DNA of 64,000 bases, from assembly GCA_963705305.1 (NCBI GenBank), contig OY970067.1:1312001-1376000 (forward strand), written 5' to 3'. The notes beneath the pieces were generated by a model, which saw only the letters and a program-made list of their open reading frames with translations, was not told the DNA's origin and did not search any database. Below are positions 54,626 to 64,000 of the stretch, piece after piece. Positions within the stretch are counted from its first letter, which is position 1, and each line of letters begins with the position of its first letter. The stretch comes from an uncultured Methylomirabilota bacterium (lineage in GTDB: Bacteria; Methylomirabilota; Methylomirabilia; Methylomirabilales; 2-02-FULL-66-22). Both the position numbers and the translations under genes were made by a program.

Positions 54626-56317
54626 ATGGAACGAAACGCCATTATTGCGACGGCGCTCGTCATCGCAATCCTCATCGGATACCAATGGTACCTGTCGGAG
54701 TTCGAAGCTCCTCCGCCCCCCGCCCCGCGTGAGCAGACGACGACCGCTTCGGCACCCACTCCGGCCGCAGCGCCCGCGGCAGTTCCGACGCCGGCGCCCC
54801 CTCTCCCGAGGCCGGAGACCGTGGCGCCTCAGGCCAAGCGATTTCCTGCCGAGCCTCCAGCCGGGACACCCGCCAGAGACATCATCGTGGACACACCGCT
54901 GTACCACGTCGTTTTCTCCACAGCGGGGGCCCGGGCTGTTCATTGGGAACTGAAGAAGTACCGGCTGGAGGGGGGCGCGCCTGTTGACTTGGTGGCGCAG
55001 CAGCCCTTGGGGACAGGACAAGGGCCGCTGGAGGGGTGGGTTGACGGAGAGCCGGAAGCCGGGGCGGCCTTCCGGGCCAGCCAGGATCGCATTGATCTCG
55101 CCGTCGCAGGCCAATCGGCAACCCTGACCTTCAAGCGCAGCACCGAGTCGGGAATTGAAATCCAGAAGCAGCTCACCTTCTATGCCGATCGGTACCCGGT
55201 GGACGTTGCCCTCTCTGCGAAGAACCTCTCCGGGCAGCCAGTCACCATACAGCCGCATTTGGCGTGGGGTCCCGGGTTCCGCGATGACGCTGGGGCAAAT
55301 TCTCACAGCGTCAAGCCGCCGACGCTCTGGGTGGATGGGAAGCGGGTCGAACAGGACCTTTCCAAGGTTTCCGGCCAGAAGGTCGTCCACGGCGACATTT
55401 CCTGGGCCGCCCTGGAGGACACGTATTTTGCCGCCGCCCTTCTCCCGAAAGAAAAGGGGATGGACGCCTTTGTGCAGAAAGTTGACGGGCACCCGATGGT
55501 GGGACTGACCCTCCCTCAGCAAAATCTGGCCGCCGGGGCCGAAGTAACGCTGCGCGCCCAGGTCTTCGGCGGCCCCAAGGACCTCCAGCTGCTGAAGAGT
55601 GCCGGCCAAAACCTTGACGAGCTAGTGAATCTGGGCTGGTTCACCTTTCTGGCCCGACCGGCCCTGTGGCTCCTGAAATTCCTGTTTAACTACACGGGGA
55701 ACTACGGCGTGGCGATCATCCTCGTCACAATTCTCCAGAAGATCGCGTTCCACCCCCTCACCGTCAAGAGCATGAAGTCCATGAAGGCCATGCAGGCCGT
55801 CCAGCCTAAGGTGCAGGCCATCCAAGAGCGCTTCAAGAACAATCCTCAGAAGAAGCAAGAGGAAACGATGGCGCTGTACCGGAAATATGGTGTCAATCCC
55901 ATGGGGGGATGCCTGCCCATGCTTGTGCAGATCCCCATCTTCATCGCCCTGTATGACGCCCTGGGTGGCTCTGTCGAGATGTGGCAGGCACATTTTCTTT
56001 GGATTCGAGATCTTACGAAGCCGGACACGTTGTTTACCATGACCATCTGGGGTGGCCGCGCGTTTCCCTTCAACCTTCTGGCCATCCTCATGGGCATCAG
56101 TATGTTCCTACAGCAAAAGATGTCCCCGACGAGCGGTGATCCGCGTCAGGCCAAAATGATGCTGTGGACGATGCCCATCGTCTTCACCTTCATGTTCTGG
56201 GGCTTTCCTTCGGGCCTTGTCTTGTACTGGCTGGTGAACAACGTTCTGCAGGTCGGCCAGCAGTGGTTGATCAACAGGACGCCGGCGACCCCTGCGGTCG
56301 AGGGTCAAGCCGCCTAG
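54626..56317 (+). CDS. yidC: Membrane protein insertase YidC
   Basis: GNYGVAII, GVNPMGGCLP and PSGLVLYW. Confidence 0.97.
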   Translation: MERNAIIATALVIAILIGYQWYLSEFEAPPPPAPREQTTTASAPTPAAAPAAVPTPAPPLPRPETVAPQAKRFPAEPPAGTPARDIIVDTPLYHVVFSTAGARAVHWELKKYRLEGGAPVDLVAQQPLGTGQGPLEGWVDGEPEAGAAFRASQDRIDLAVAGQSATLTFKRSTESGIEIQKQLTFYADRYPVDVALSAKNLSGQPVTIQPHLAWGPGFRDDAGANSHSVKPPTLWVDGKRVEQDLSKVSGQKVVHGDISWAALEDTYFAAALLPKEKGMDAFVQKVDGHPMVGLTLPQQNLAAGAEVTLRAQVFGGPKDLQLLKSAGQNLDELVNLGWFTFLARPALWLLKFLFNYTGNYGVAIILVTILQKIAFHPLTVKSMKSMKAMQAVQPKVQAIQERFKNNPQKKQEETMALYRKYGVNPMGGCLPMLVQIPIFIALYDALGGSVEMWQAHFLWIRDLTKPDTLFTMTIWGGRAFPFNLLAILMGISMFLQQKMSPTSGDPRQAKMMLWTMPIVFTFMFWGFPSGLVLYWLVNNVLQVGQQWLINRTPATPAVEGQAA

Positions 56318-56318
56318 G

Positions 56319-57035
56319 GTGTGCTGGAATGGCCCAGGAGTTCCGGGCGTGGAGAATGCGCCGGAAGGGAGCCTCCAACCCGATGACCTCCTCGTCACGG
56401 GGGCCAAGGCGCTTGGCGTTGCGCTGGATCGCGTGCAGCTTGCAGCCTTTGGGGTCTACCGGGAAGAAATCCTCCGCTGGTCTCTCCGGACCAACATTAC
56501 GGCCCTGCGAAGTCCGGCCGATATCGTCAGGGATGGATTTCTGGACTCGCTGGTGTGCTTTCCGCTCATTCCGGAGACCACGCAGCGCATCCTCGACATC
56601 GGCTCTGGCGCTGGATTTCCAGCCCTGCCTATTGCCATCGTCTGCCCTCGTTTTCAACTCACGCTCGTCGAGGCCTCTCGCAGGAAAACCTCTTTTCTCC
56701 GCCACATGGTGCGGACTCTCCAGCTGTCTCACGTTCGAGTCCTCCAGGGCCGTGCCGAATCGCTGTCGGCCGAACCGGAGCATGCCGCCGCCTACGACAT
56801 TGCCTTCGCGCGCGCCGTCGGGCCGCCGCTGAAGGTCTGTGCGCTAGCGCGCCCGTTTCTCGTCCCGAGCGGTCTGTTCCTGGCGCAAACGGGAGAAGAC
56901 TTCCCGCTTGGGGACCTCGAGGGGTTGCGCTCGCTCGGACTCGAGGTGGCGGGGCAGCGAGACGTCCCACCAGCGGCCGGCAAGCCCGGACGGCACGTGA
57001 CGGTTCTCAAGAGGGTGCAGGAGGCAGCGCGGTAG
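56319..57035 (+). CDS. rsmG: 16S rRNA m7G527 methyltransferase (start uncertain)
   Basis: LDIGSGAGFP, KTSFL, RAE and ARAV. Confidence 0.92.
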   Translation: MCWNGPGVPGVENAPEGSLQPDDLLVTGAKALGVALDRVQLAAFGVYREEILRWSLRTNITALRSPADIVRDGFLDSLVCFPLIPETTQRILDIGSGAGFPALPIAIVCPRFQLTLVEASRRKTSFLRHMVRTLQLSHVRVLQGRAESLSAEPEHAAAYDIAFARAVGPPLKVCALARPFLVPSGLFLAQTGEDFPLGDLEGLRSLGLEVAGQRDVPPAAGKPGRHVTVLKRVQEAAR

Positions 57036-57038
57036 GAT

Positions 57039-57054
57039 CGTTTCACGTGAAACA
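57039..57054. promoter_or_regulatory. parS centromere site
   Basis: CGTTTCACGTGAAACA, a 15/16 match to consensus TGTTTCACGTGAAACA, just upstream of parA. Confidence 0.9.
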
Positions 57055-57121
57055 CCGCGTTCCCTCTTGGACCCGGCACCTCGAATGTGCTATGGTCCCC
57101 GGGAAAAAGCCGAGGCTGCCA

Positions 57122-57898
57122 GTGGCCAGAATCATCGCGGTAGCAAACCAGAAGGGCGGGGTAGGGAAGACCACCACGGCGGTCAACCTGTCCGCGTCGT
57201 TGGCGGCAGCGGAGCGGCCGACGCTCTTGGTAGATATCGACCCCCAGGGAAACGCCAGCACCGGTGTCGGCATAGATGTGGGCGCGCTCGATCGCCACAT
57301 CTACCACGTGCTTCTCGGCGAGCTGGGGGTGCGAGAGGCGGCGCTTCCCACGGCGCTCCCCGCCCTCCAGGTCTTACCCGCGAAGCGAGAGCTGGTGGGG
57401 GCGGAGATAGAGCTGGTTGAGCTGCCAGACCGGGAGCGTCGTCTGGAGCACGGGCTGGCGTCTGTAGCCGAGCGATACGAGTACATCCTCGTTGATTGTC
57501 CACCCTCCCTCGGATTTCTGACATTGAACGCCCTGGTGGCGGCGGACTCGGTGCTGATCCCCCTCCAGTGCGAATATTACGCCCTGGAAGGACTGGGACA
57601 GATCCTGGATACAGTGAGGATCTGCCGGCAGACCTTGAACCCGCGACTCGAGGTAGAGGGCATTCTTCTGACCATGTACGACGGACGGGTGAACCTCGCG
57701 GGGCAGGTGGCAAAAGAGGTGCGCGATCATTTTGGGGACCGCGTGTTTCGAACGGTCATTCCGCGGAATGTGCGGCTGAGCGAGGCGCCGAGCCACGGCC
57801 AGCCGGTCATCCTCTACGACATTCGTTGCCCCGGGGCCGAAGGATACTTGCAGCTGGCACGGGAGGTGATCGATGGTGCAAAAGCGCGGGCTCGGTAA
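57122..57898 (+). CDS. parA: Chromosome partitioning ATPase ParA/Soj
   Basis: NQKGGVGKTTT, DPQGN, DCPPSLG and LSEAPSHG. Alternative start ATG 57092. Confidence 0.96.
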   Translation: MARIIAVANQKGGVGKTTTAVNLSASLAAAERPTLLVDIDPQGNASTGVGIDVGALDRHIYHVLLGELGVREAALPTALPALQVLPAKRELVGAEIELVELPDRERRLEHGLASVAERYEYILVDCPPSLGFLTLNALVAADSVLIPLQCEYYALEGLGQILDTVRICRQTLNPRLEVEGILLTMYDGRVNLAGQVAKEVRDHFGDRVFRTVIPRNVRLSEAPSHGQPVILYDIRCPGAEGYLQLAREVIDGAKARAR

Positions 57899-58721
57899 GG
57901 GGCTCGGAGCGCTCATCCCTGGGGCTGAAGGATTGGGTCCTGGGACCCGGGAGATCCCCCTGGAAGAGCTGGAGAGGAATCCGTTTCAGCCGCGCCGGCA
58001 CTTCGACCAGGCGGCCCTCGAGGAATTGGCGGCCACGATTCGGGAGCACGGCATCCTCACCCCGGTGGTGGTCCGCCGTGTGGCGGGCGGATATCAGGTC
58101 GTTGCCGGCGAGCGTCGAATTCGGGCTGCCAGGCTGGCCGGCCTGACCAGGGTTCCTGCGGTGGTGCGGGAGGCGAGCGACGCCCAGGCCCTGGAAATGG
58201 CGCTGGTTGAAAACCTGCAGCGCGAGGATCTGAATCCGCTGGAATCGGCCGAGGCATACCAACGCCTGATCGAGGAGTTCAGCCTGACCCAAGAAGAGGT
58301 CGCTGAGCGGCTTGGTCGTGACCGCTCTTCGGTGGCCAACACCCTCCGCCTGTTGCGACTTCCGCAGCGGATTCAAGAGGATGTGGCATCCGGAACGCTG
58401 TCCGAGGGGCACGCACGGGCCTTGTTGGGCCTGGAGAAAGCGGCCGATCAACTGAAGGTCCGAGACCTCGTTGTCAAGAAAGGCCACACCGTCCGGGCGA
58501 CGGAGGCCCTGGTCCGTCGATGGAGAGACGGCACGGTGCGGAAGACGTCCAAGCGGCGCACCACGGATCCGAACGTCGGCGCGCTGGAGGATCGGCTGCG
58601 GACCGCCCTAGGAACTAAAGTCCGGATCGTGCGCGAAGGGAAAGGCGGGATCTTACAGATCAGCTTCTTTTCGGCCGACGACCTAACCCGGATTGCCGAC
58701 CACATCCTCGAGGGCCGCTAG
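57873..58721 (+). CDS. parB: Chromosome partitioning protein ParB/Spo0J
   Basis: KRGLGKGLGALI, AGERRIRA, ENLQREDL and HTH. Confidence 0.96.
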   Translation: MVQKRGLGKGLGALIPGAEGLGPGTREIPLEELERNPFQPRRHFDQAALEELAATIREHGILTPVVVRRVAGGYQVVAGERRIRAARLAGLTRVPAVVREASDAQALEMALVENLQREDLNPLESAEAYQRLIEEFSLTQEEVAERLGRDRSSVANTLRLLRLPQRIQEDVASGTLSEGHARALLGLEKAADQLKVRDLVVKKGHTVRATEALVRRWRDGTVRKTSKRRTTDPNVGALEDRLRTALGTKVRIVREGKGGILQISFFSADDLTRIADHILEGR

Positions 58722-58724
58722 GCG

Positions 58725-59420
58725 ATGCAGTTGCGAATCAAGGCCTCGATCCTTTTTCCGTTGAAGGGGAAGGACTGGATTAAGAGACTCCTGATTGGCG
58801 GAGCCATTGGCCTCGCCATCGAGCTGATATTCGTAGGTCTGACATTTCTGGTTTCGGAGGAGGCCACGTTCGGGATCGCCCCCCTGGTCGCAGTTTTCAA
58901 CTTTCCGGCGCTCGGTTTCATTCTCCAGGTGTACCGTGGTACGCTACGATGGGAGGAGGGAGAGGTCCCGGCGTGGGAGAACTGGCCCACGCTTTTTCGC
59001 TGGGGCCTCGTGGGCTTCGGCATTGGTCTTGCCTATGGGATGATTCCGCTCTTGCTGGTTTTGGTGGGTCTTGGGTTGCTGGTAAAGGGAGGCGTGCTTC
59101 TCTTTCTGGGCATGGTCCTCATGGTTTTGGGTGTGCTCGCCGGCGTCTTTACGCTGTTCTTTTTCCCGATGGCCGTGGCCCGGTACGTCAGTCAACAAAG
59201 AATCGAAGCGGCCTTCCATCCGGTGCTGGTGTGGGACGGGATCAACCTGGTCCTCGCCGAATACGTGGCGGCATATCTTCTGAGCGTTGGATCCTACATC
59301 GTGGCGGGACTAGTGGCCGTCGTGCCGTATGTCGGAGGAGTCGTCTGGCCGGTCCTCTGGTTCTACATCAGCCTGGTGCAGGCTCGACTGTTCGGGGAAG
59401 TGTGCGCGAGGGCGATCTGA
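58725..59420 (+). CDS. DUF4013-like membrane protein
   Basis: FP..KDWIKRLLIGG...PAWENW, several TM segments, IEAAF. Confidence 0.7.
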   Translation: MQLRIKASILFPLKGKDWIKRLLIGGAIGLAIELIFVGLTFLVSEEATFGIAPLVAVFNFPALGFILQVYRGTLRWEEGEVPAWENWPTLFRWGLVGFGIGLAYGMIPLLLVLVGLGLLVKGGVLLFLGMVLMVLGVLAGVFTLFFFPMAVARYVSQQRIEAAFHPVLVWDGINLVLAEYVAAYLLSVGSYIVAGLVAVVPYVGGVVWPVLWFYISLVQARLFGEVCARAI

Positions 59421-59493
59421 GAAGCTTTCGATCGCGGCTATCGGAGCGATAGCGGGGGAGCTGTCGCGACGCGCGCGCATGGGCGGAGGGTGC

Positions 59494-61137
59494 ATGGCGT
59501 CAACAGCGGAGGTTCTGGTGGCCTTCCTGGCAACAGCCGGGGTGCGTCGAATCTACGGCATCCCAGGCGCCGGAAGCACCCTGGATGTCATCGAGGCCGG
59601 CCGGCACCAAGGTATCGAGTTTGTGCTGGCGCACCACGGGGCTGCCGCGGCCATCATGGCAGCCACCGAAGGCGACCTCGCCGGGCGACCAGGTGTCTGT
59701 CTGGCTGCGCAGGGACCGGGAGCGGCCGGCGTGGTCAGCGGGGCGGCGCAGGCCCTGCTGGACCGCGCCCCCCTGCTGATCCTCACGGATCGTTCCCCCC
59801 AGGCCGGTCTCCGTTCGCCCGCGCGCCAGGAGCTGAGCCACTTGCGCCTACTTGCCGAAGCGGTGAAGAAGGGAGCGACCGTCACCGCCCCGCGGGCGGA
59901 CTGGCTGGCCCACTGGGCTTGGCGGACCGCCCTGCAGCCTCCCCGCGGACCCGTGCACCTGGACCTGCCGGCTGACGAGGCCCAGCGTCCGGCCAGGCGG
60001 CGCGCGATTGCGAGCCGGCGGATGCGTCGGCGGTCGCCCTCGCCGAGCGCCGTCCGCTGGGGGGCGCGTCTCCTCACGCGGTCGGGCCGGACCGTCGTGG
60101 TGGCCGGGAGCGGCTGCCGGGAGGCGCCGGCAGCCCGGGCGCTCCGAGATCTGCTGGAGCATCTGGGCGCACCGGTGCTGATGACCCCGCGGGCGAAAGG
60201 GGCGATCGCAGAGGATCATCCGCTGGCGGCCGGCGTGTTCACGGCCGCCCCCCTAGAAAACGAACTGCTCGAGAAGGCCGATGCGATCTTGACGGTAGGT
60301 CTGGACCCGGCGGAGCTGCTGCCGGGTTCTTGGAAGTCCAGCCGGCCCGTCGTGGCGCTGGAAGAGTATCGCGTGGGTCCGCGAACGCGCGAGACGGCTT
60401 GTGAAGTCGTCGCCGACCTGCCGACAGCCCTCCAGGCGCTTCGCCAGGCTTTGCCGCCGGGCGGCGGATGGAGCCTGGCCAGCTGGGCCGGCCGCGGAGA
60501 AGAGTTCAAGGTCCGCTGCCGGCTGCGCCTGGCGGAGGCGAGCGCCGGCCGGACCCATGCAGCCATCCCGCCCCATCGGGCCGTGCAAATCGCCCGGGAG
60601 ATCTACCCGCACGACACCCTGCTGGCCGTCGACACTGGAGCCCACGCCATCGCCGCGAACCTGTTCTGGGAGGCATACCAGCCCAAGGACTACCTGTGCT
60701 CGGCCGGTCTGGCGCCGCTGGGGTACGCCATCCCGGCGGCCATCGCCGCCAAGCTGGCCGCGCCAGAGCGGCCGGTCCTGGCTTTCGTCGGGGACGGGGG
60801 CTTGCTGGCGCATCTCGCCGAGGTGGCCACCGCCGCCCGCTTAGGGCTCCCGCTGACGATCCTCGTGTTCGCCGACGAATCGCTGAGCTCGATCCGCGCG
60901 CTCCAGGAGCAGCGACGGTTTGCGCCGGTCGGGACTTCGCTGGGGCATGCCGACATTCCCAAGCTGGCAGAAGGCCTGGGGGCGCTCGGGACGGAGGTGG
61001 AAGACGAGGAGGGCCTCCGAGCGGCCCTCCAGGATGCCCTCGGAACGACGCAGCCGGCGATCATCGTCGCCCGCATCCGCTCCAGCGGCTACCGCCGGAT
61101 GCTGGACATCCTGTGCGGCCGGCCGGATGCCGGATGA
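59494..61137 (+). CDS. ThDP-binding protein, acetolactate-synthase-like, with atypical active-site residues
   Basis: YGIPG, GPG, GPVHLDLP, VDTGAH, LGYAIPAAIAA and GDGG. Confidence 0.85.
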   Translation: MASTAEVLVAFLATAGVRRIYGIPGAGSTLDVIEAGRHQGIEFVLAHHGAAAAIMAATEGDLAGRPGVCLAAQGPGAAGVVSGAAQALLDRAPLLILTDRSPQAGLRSPARQELSHLRLLAEAVKKGATVTAPRADWLAHWAWRTALQPPRGPVHLDLPADEAQRPARRRAIASRRMRRRSPSPSAVRWGARLLTRSGRTVVVAGSGCREAPAARALRDLLEHLGAPVLMTPRAKGAIAEDHPLAAGVFTAAPLENELLEKADAILTVGLDPAELLPGSWKSSRPVVALEEYRVGPRTRETACEVVADLPTALQALRQALPPGGGWSLASWAGRGEEFKVRCRLRLAEASAGRTHAAIPPHRAVQIAREIYPHDTLLAVDTGAHAIAANLFWEAYQPKDYLCSAGLAPLGYAIPAAIAAKLAAPERPVLAFVGDGGLLAHLAEVATAARLGLPLTILVFADESLSSIRALQEQRRFAPVGTSLGHADIPKLAEGLGALGTEVEDEEGLRAALQDALGTTQPAIIVARIRSSGYRRMLDILCGRPDAG

Positions 61138-61296
61138 TCGGACCCGCCACCGAAGTCGAGAAGCAGCGGCCCGCCATCACCGGCGACACCTACTAAGACG
61201 GCTCCAGCGGAGTGTCGGCCTTCGCACCTGCCCCCGGACGCCCCGTGAAACTCGCCGGCTTTCAGAGCCCTGCGGCCAGCCCCGCTCGCGCCGTCC

Positions 61297-61359
61297 TTGA
61301 CACGCTCTTGAGACGCTCTTGACACTCTATTGACACGCAGCACAAATGGGGGGTATGTT
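61297..61359 (+). promoter_or_regulatory. Four 11-bp tandem repeats (TTGACACGCTC-like) ending in a sigma70-like promoter for the ABC operon
   Basis: TTGACACGCTC TTGAGACGCTC TTGACACTCTA TTGACACGC; last TTGACA-18 bp-TATGTT. Confidence 0.6.
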
Positions 61360-61485
61360 CAAATCCTGCCACCCTCCATCGCTTTGGCACTCGTCTCACG
61401 TGTTGGACCGCCGGGAATTGATTTGCGGGCCGACGACGGTGTCCCGGCCATTTAGTCCTCGGCCCCCCATCTAGGAGGAGGCGCT

Positions 61486-62895
61486 ATGAAGAAAAAGGCG
61501 TCCTGGAAGATGGACCGACGCGGGTTTCTCAAGGCTGCCGGCACCGGTCTGGCTGGTGCCGGTCTGGCCGGTCTGGGTGCGCCGCGGAGGGCGCGCGCAG
61601 CGCAGGAAAAGCTGGTGGTTTGGTGGAACAAGGGGTATTACCCCGAAGAAGATCAGGGCATGCAGAAAATCGCGGAGGCGTTCGCCCACGAGAACAACGT
61701 GGACATGGAGCTCACGTTCACAATCCAGGATGACCTGGGCCCCAAGATCATCAGTGCCCTGATTGCGGGGGTGGTGCCTGACGTTGCCTTCTGCTTCTTC
61801 AACGACTGGATGATCTCGCCCAAGTTCGCCTGGCAGAACCAGCTGCTGGACATGAGCGACATCATCAACCAGCTCAAGCCCCGCTACTTCGAGTCCATGC
61901 TGAAAACCAGCTGGCTCTACAACAACGGCGAGAAGAAATGGAGCTACTACTCCGTTCCCATCGAGTCACAGGCACTGGCCACCCAGTACTGGAGGCCCCT
62001 GGTGGAGGCGGCGGGTCTGAACGGGGATCCCAAGAAGATCCCGATGACATGGAACGAGCATTGGGCCTTCTGGAAGAAGGTGCAAGCCAACCTGCGGAAG
62101 AAGGAGCCGGCCAAGTACGGCAAGACCTACGGGATCGGCATGACCGAGTCCAGCCGCTCGACGGACACCTTCTACGATTTCGAGCAGTATCTCCTGGCCT
62201 TCCATGGGGAGATCGTCTCGCCGGACGGGAAGGTCGTGGCGGGAGAGGCCAAGAATCGCGAGGCCCTCATCAAGAACCTGACCTTCTTCAGCGGGATTTA
62301 CAATGAGGGGTACGTTCCGCCGGACGCCCTGACCTGGACGGATGCCGACAACAACGTGAACTTCGGCAACAAGACCGTGGTGATGACGCCCAACCCGTCC
62401 ATCTCCATCCCGGCCGCGGCGTTCTTCACCAACAAGGACGACTACTTCCACAACATCGTGACGATCCTCCAGCCGACGTCTCCCATCGACGGGAAGGGCT
62501 ATCCCTACCTGATCGCGGTGAAGCCGATCATCGTCCCGAAGGCGGCCAAGAATCCGGACCTGGCCAAGAAGTTTATCCTGTACCTGTTGCAGCCGGAACG
62601 GTTCACCCGGTACGTGACGGCGTCCCACGGGCGCTGGTTCCCTGCCTTCAAGGATGTGGCGGCGGCCCCCTTCTTCAACGATCCAAAGGACCCGCACGTC
62701 TACACGGCGACCCAGCAGTACAAATACCCCACCCAGCCGTTCTACTACAGCTATACGCCGGCATACTCGCAGGTGTATGCAGAGAACGTCTGGGGCAAGG
62801 CCATCTCGCGCGTGGCGACCGATAAGTGGAGCAACGAGCAGGCAGTAGACGAGGCCGTCAAGCGGGTCCAGACTATCGTCCAGAACTGGAAACAG
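61486..62895 (+). CDS. ABC transporter substrate-binding protein with Tat signal (expected stop absent; reads into permease)
   Basis: DRRGFLK twin-arginine signal and CUT1-type SBP motifs (VVWWNKG, PDVA, AKKFI). Natural end appears to be ...QNWK, followed by CAG. Confidence 0.85.
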
Positions 62896-62920
62896 CCGCA
62901 GATCCGTTCTGCGCCGCAAC

Positions 62921-62952
62921 GCGTGCGGGAGGCCGGCCGGCCTCCCGCACGC
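62921..62952. repeat. Perfect 32-bp palindrome (intercistronic stem-loop)
   Basis: GCGTGCGGGAGGCCGG|CCGGCCTCCCGCACGC. Confidence 0.85.
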
Positions 62953-62967
62953 AGTAGGTTTTGCCCT

Positions 62968-63837
62968 ATGAATGAGACTGCCTCGACGGCCGCAGCCCCA
63001 TCTCTCGTGGTCCGGCGCGAGCACTGGGTTCGCCGCACGCTCCTCGGGGTGAGCTTCTGCTCCCCCCTCATCTTTATTTTCGCCTTCCTGGTGATTGTTC
63101 CCATTCTGTACATGATCTACCTGGGGACCGACTGGTCGATCTACCCGGCGATCTTTTCCGACCCCATCTTCCAGCAGACCGTGTGGAACACCGTTATCTT
63201 CGTCGGGATCGGCGTCAACGTGAAGATGTTCCTGGCCCTGGTGCTTTCGGCCCTCTTCTCGACCGAGCACCGCGCGGCCAAGGCCCTGAGCGGCCTCTTC
63301 CTGCTCCCCTGGGCCATCCCTGCGCTTCCTGGCATCCTTGCCTTTCGGTGGATGCTCAACGGGGAGTGGGGAATCGTGAACCACTTGTTGAACGTGGTGG
63401 GCCTCCCGGGATATCCATGGCTCGTTCGACGGCCCACGGCCCTGGGCGCTGCCATCGTCTACCACGTCTGGAAGTACCTCCCGTTTTGGACGCTGATCTT
63501 CCTGGCCGGGCGGCGCAGCATCCCCAAGGAGCTGTACGAGGCCGGCGAGATGGACGGCACGTCGCCCCTTCAGAAGTTCCGGTTCATCACGTTTCCCATG
63601 CTGCGGAACCTGTACCTCATGTGCTCATTGCTCTCCATGGTCTTTACGCTGGGTGATTTCGTCGTGATCTGGATCATGACGGGCGGTGCGCCGGGTGACT
63701 CCACCCACGTTCTGGCGACCCTGGCATATCGCTACACATTCCGCATGGGCCAACTGGGCTGGGGGATCGGGACGTTCATGGTGGCCCTGCCGGTTACACT
63801 GCTTTTCATCTTTATCCTGATCCGCTGGGTCAAGTAG
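62968..63837 (+). CDS. Carbohydrate ABC transporter permease
   Basis: EAA motif ELYEAGEMDG...FRFITFP, MTGGAPG and TM segments. Confidence 0.9.
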   Translation: MNETASTAAAPSLVVRREHWVRRTLLGVSFCSPLIFIFAFLVIVPILYMIYLGTDWSIYPAIFSDPIFQQTVWNTVIFVGIGVNVKMFLALVLSALFSTEHRAAKALSGLFLLPWAIPALPGILAFRWMLNGEWGIVNHLLNVVGLPGYPWLVRRPTALGAAIVYHVWKYLPFWTLIFLAGRRSIPKELYEAGEMDGTSPLQKFRFITFPMLRNLYLMCSLLSMVFTLGDFVVIWIMTGGAPGDSTHVLATLAYRYTFRMGQLGWGIGTFMVALPVTLLFIFILIRWVK

Positions 63838-63846
63838 GAGCAGGCC

Positions 63847-64000
63847 ATGCGCCTCGGAGGCTGGAAGCTCTTCGGGTTTTACGCCGCCTGCCTGGTCATC
63901 CTGGTCTGGACGATCTTCCCCGCCTACTATATGTTGTCGCTGGCCCTGGTGCCCGAGAAGGATCTGTTCAAGCCCAGCCTCTACGTTGCCCACCCGACGC
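63847..64000 (+). CDS. Second ABC permease (3'-partial)
   Basis: AGGAG RBS; MRLGGWKLFGFYAACLVILVWTIFPAYYMLSLAL. Confidence 0.8.
   Translation, partial: MRLGGWKLFGFYAACLVILVWTIFPAYYMLSLALVPEKDLFKPSLYVAHPT

Overview
This GC-rich bacterial chromosomal window has two parts. Positions ~1-38,950 are an integrative, ICE/IME-like element abutting the 3' end of tRNA-Asn(GTT); its left end is outside the window. Its minus-strand backbone carries a tyrosine integrase and excisionase, SSB, RadC, a compact UvrD, a DUF6094-type methyltransferase/SF2-helicase trio, a MoxR-like AAA plus vWA pair, a SWIM-finger protein and a primase. Its mostly plus-strand cargo is largely defence-like: IrrE-like protease, type III R-M, PHP-ATPase plus Schlafen/AlbA_2, and HEPN-like genes. 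Positions ~39,000-64,000 are the core replication-origin region: mglAB, recR, ybaB, dnaX, ffs, four tRNA-Ser, serS, gyrA, gyrB, dnaN, an oriC with no dnaA gene, rpmH-rnpA-yidD-yidC-rsmG-parS-parAB, a ThDP-family enzyme and a carbohydrate-type ABC operon. The most notable observations are: (1) a split, order-swapped, doubly membrane-anchored Cas4-like nuclease pair, decayed here; (2) beta-clamp-binding motifs on several element proteins, one hidden by a frameshift; (3) a repeat/palindrome-rich candidate oriT/oriV; (4) a degenerate integron attC cassette; (5) a GIY-YIG gene bracketed by a duplicated tRNA 5' end; (6) recurrent +1 frameshifts confined to the island. All family calls come from motif recognition by eye; no searches were run.
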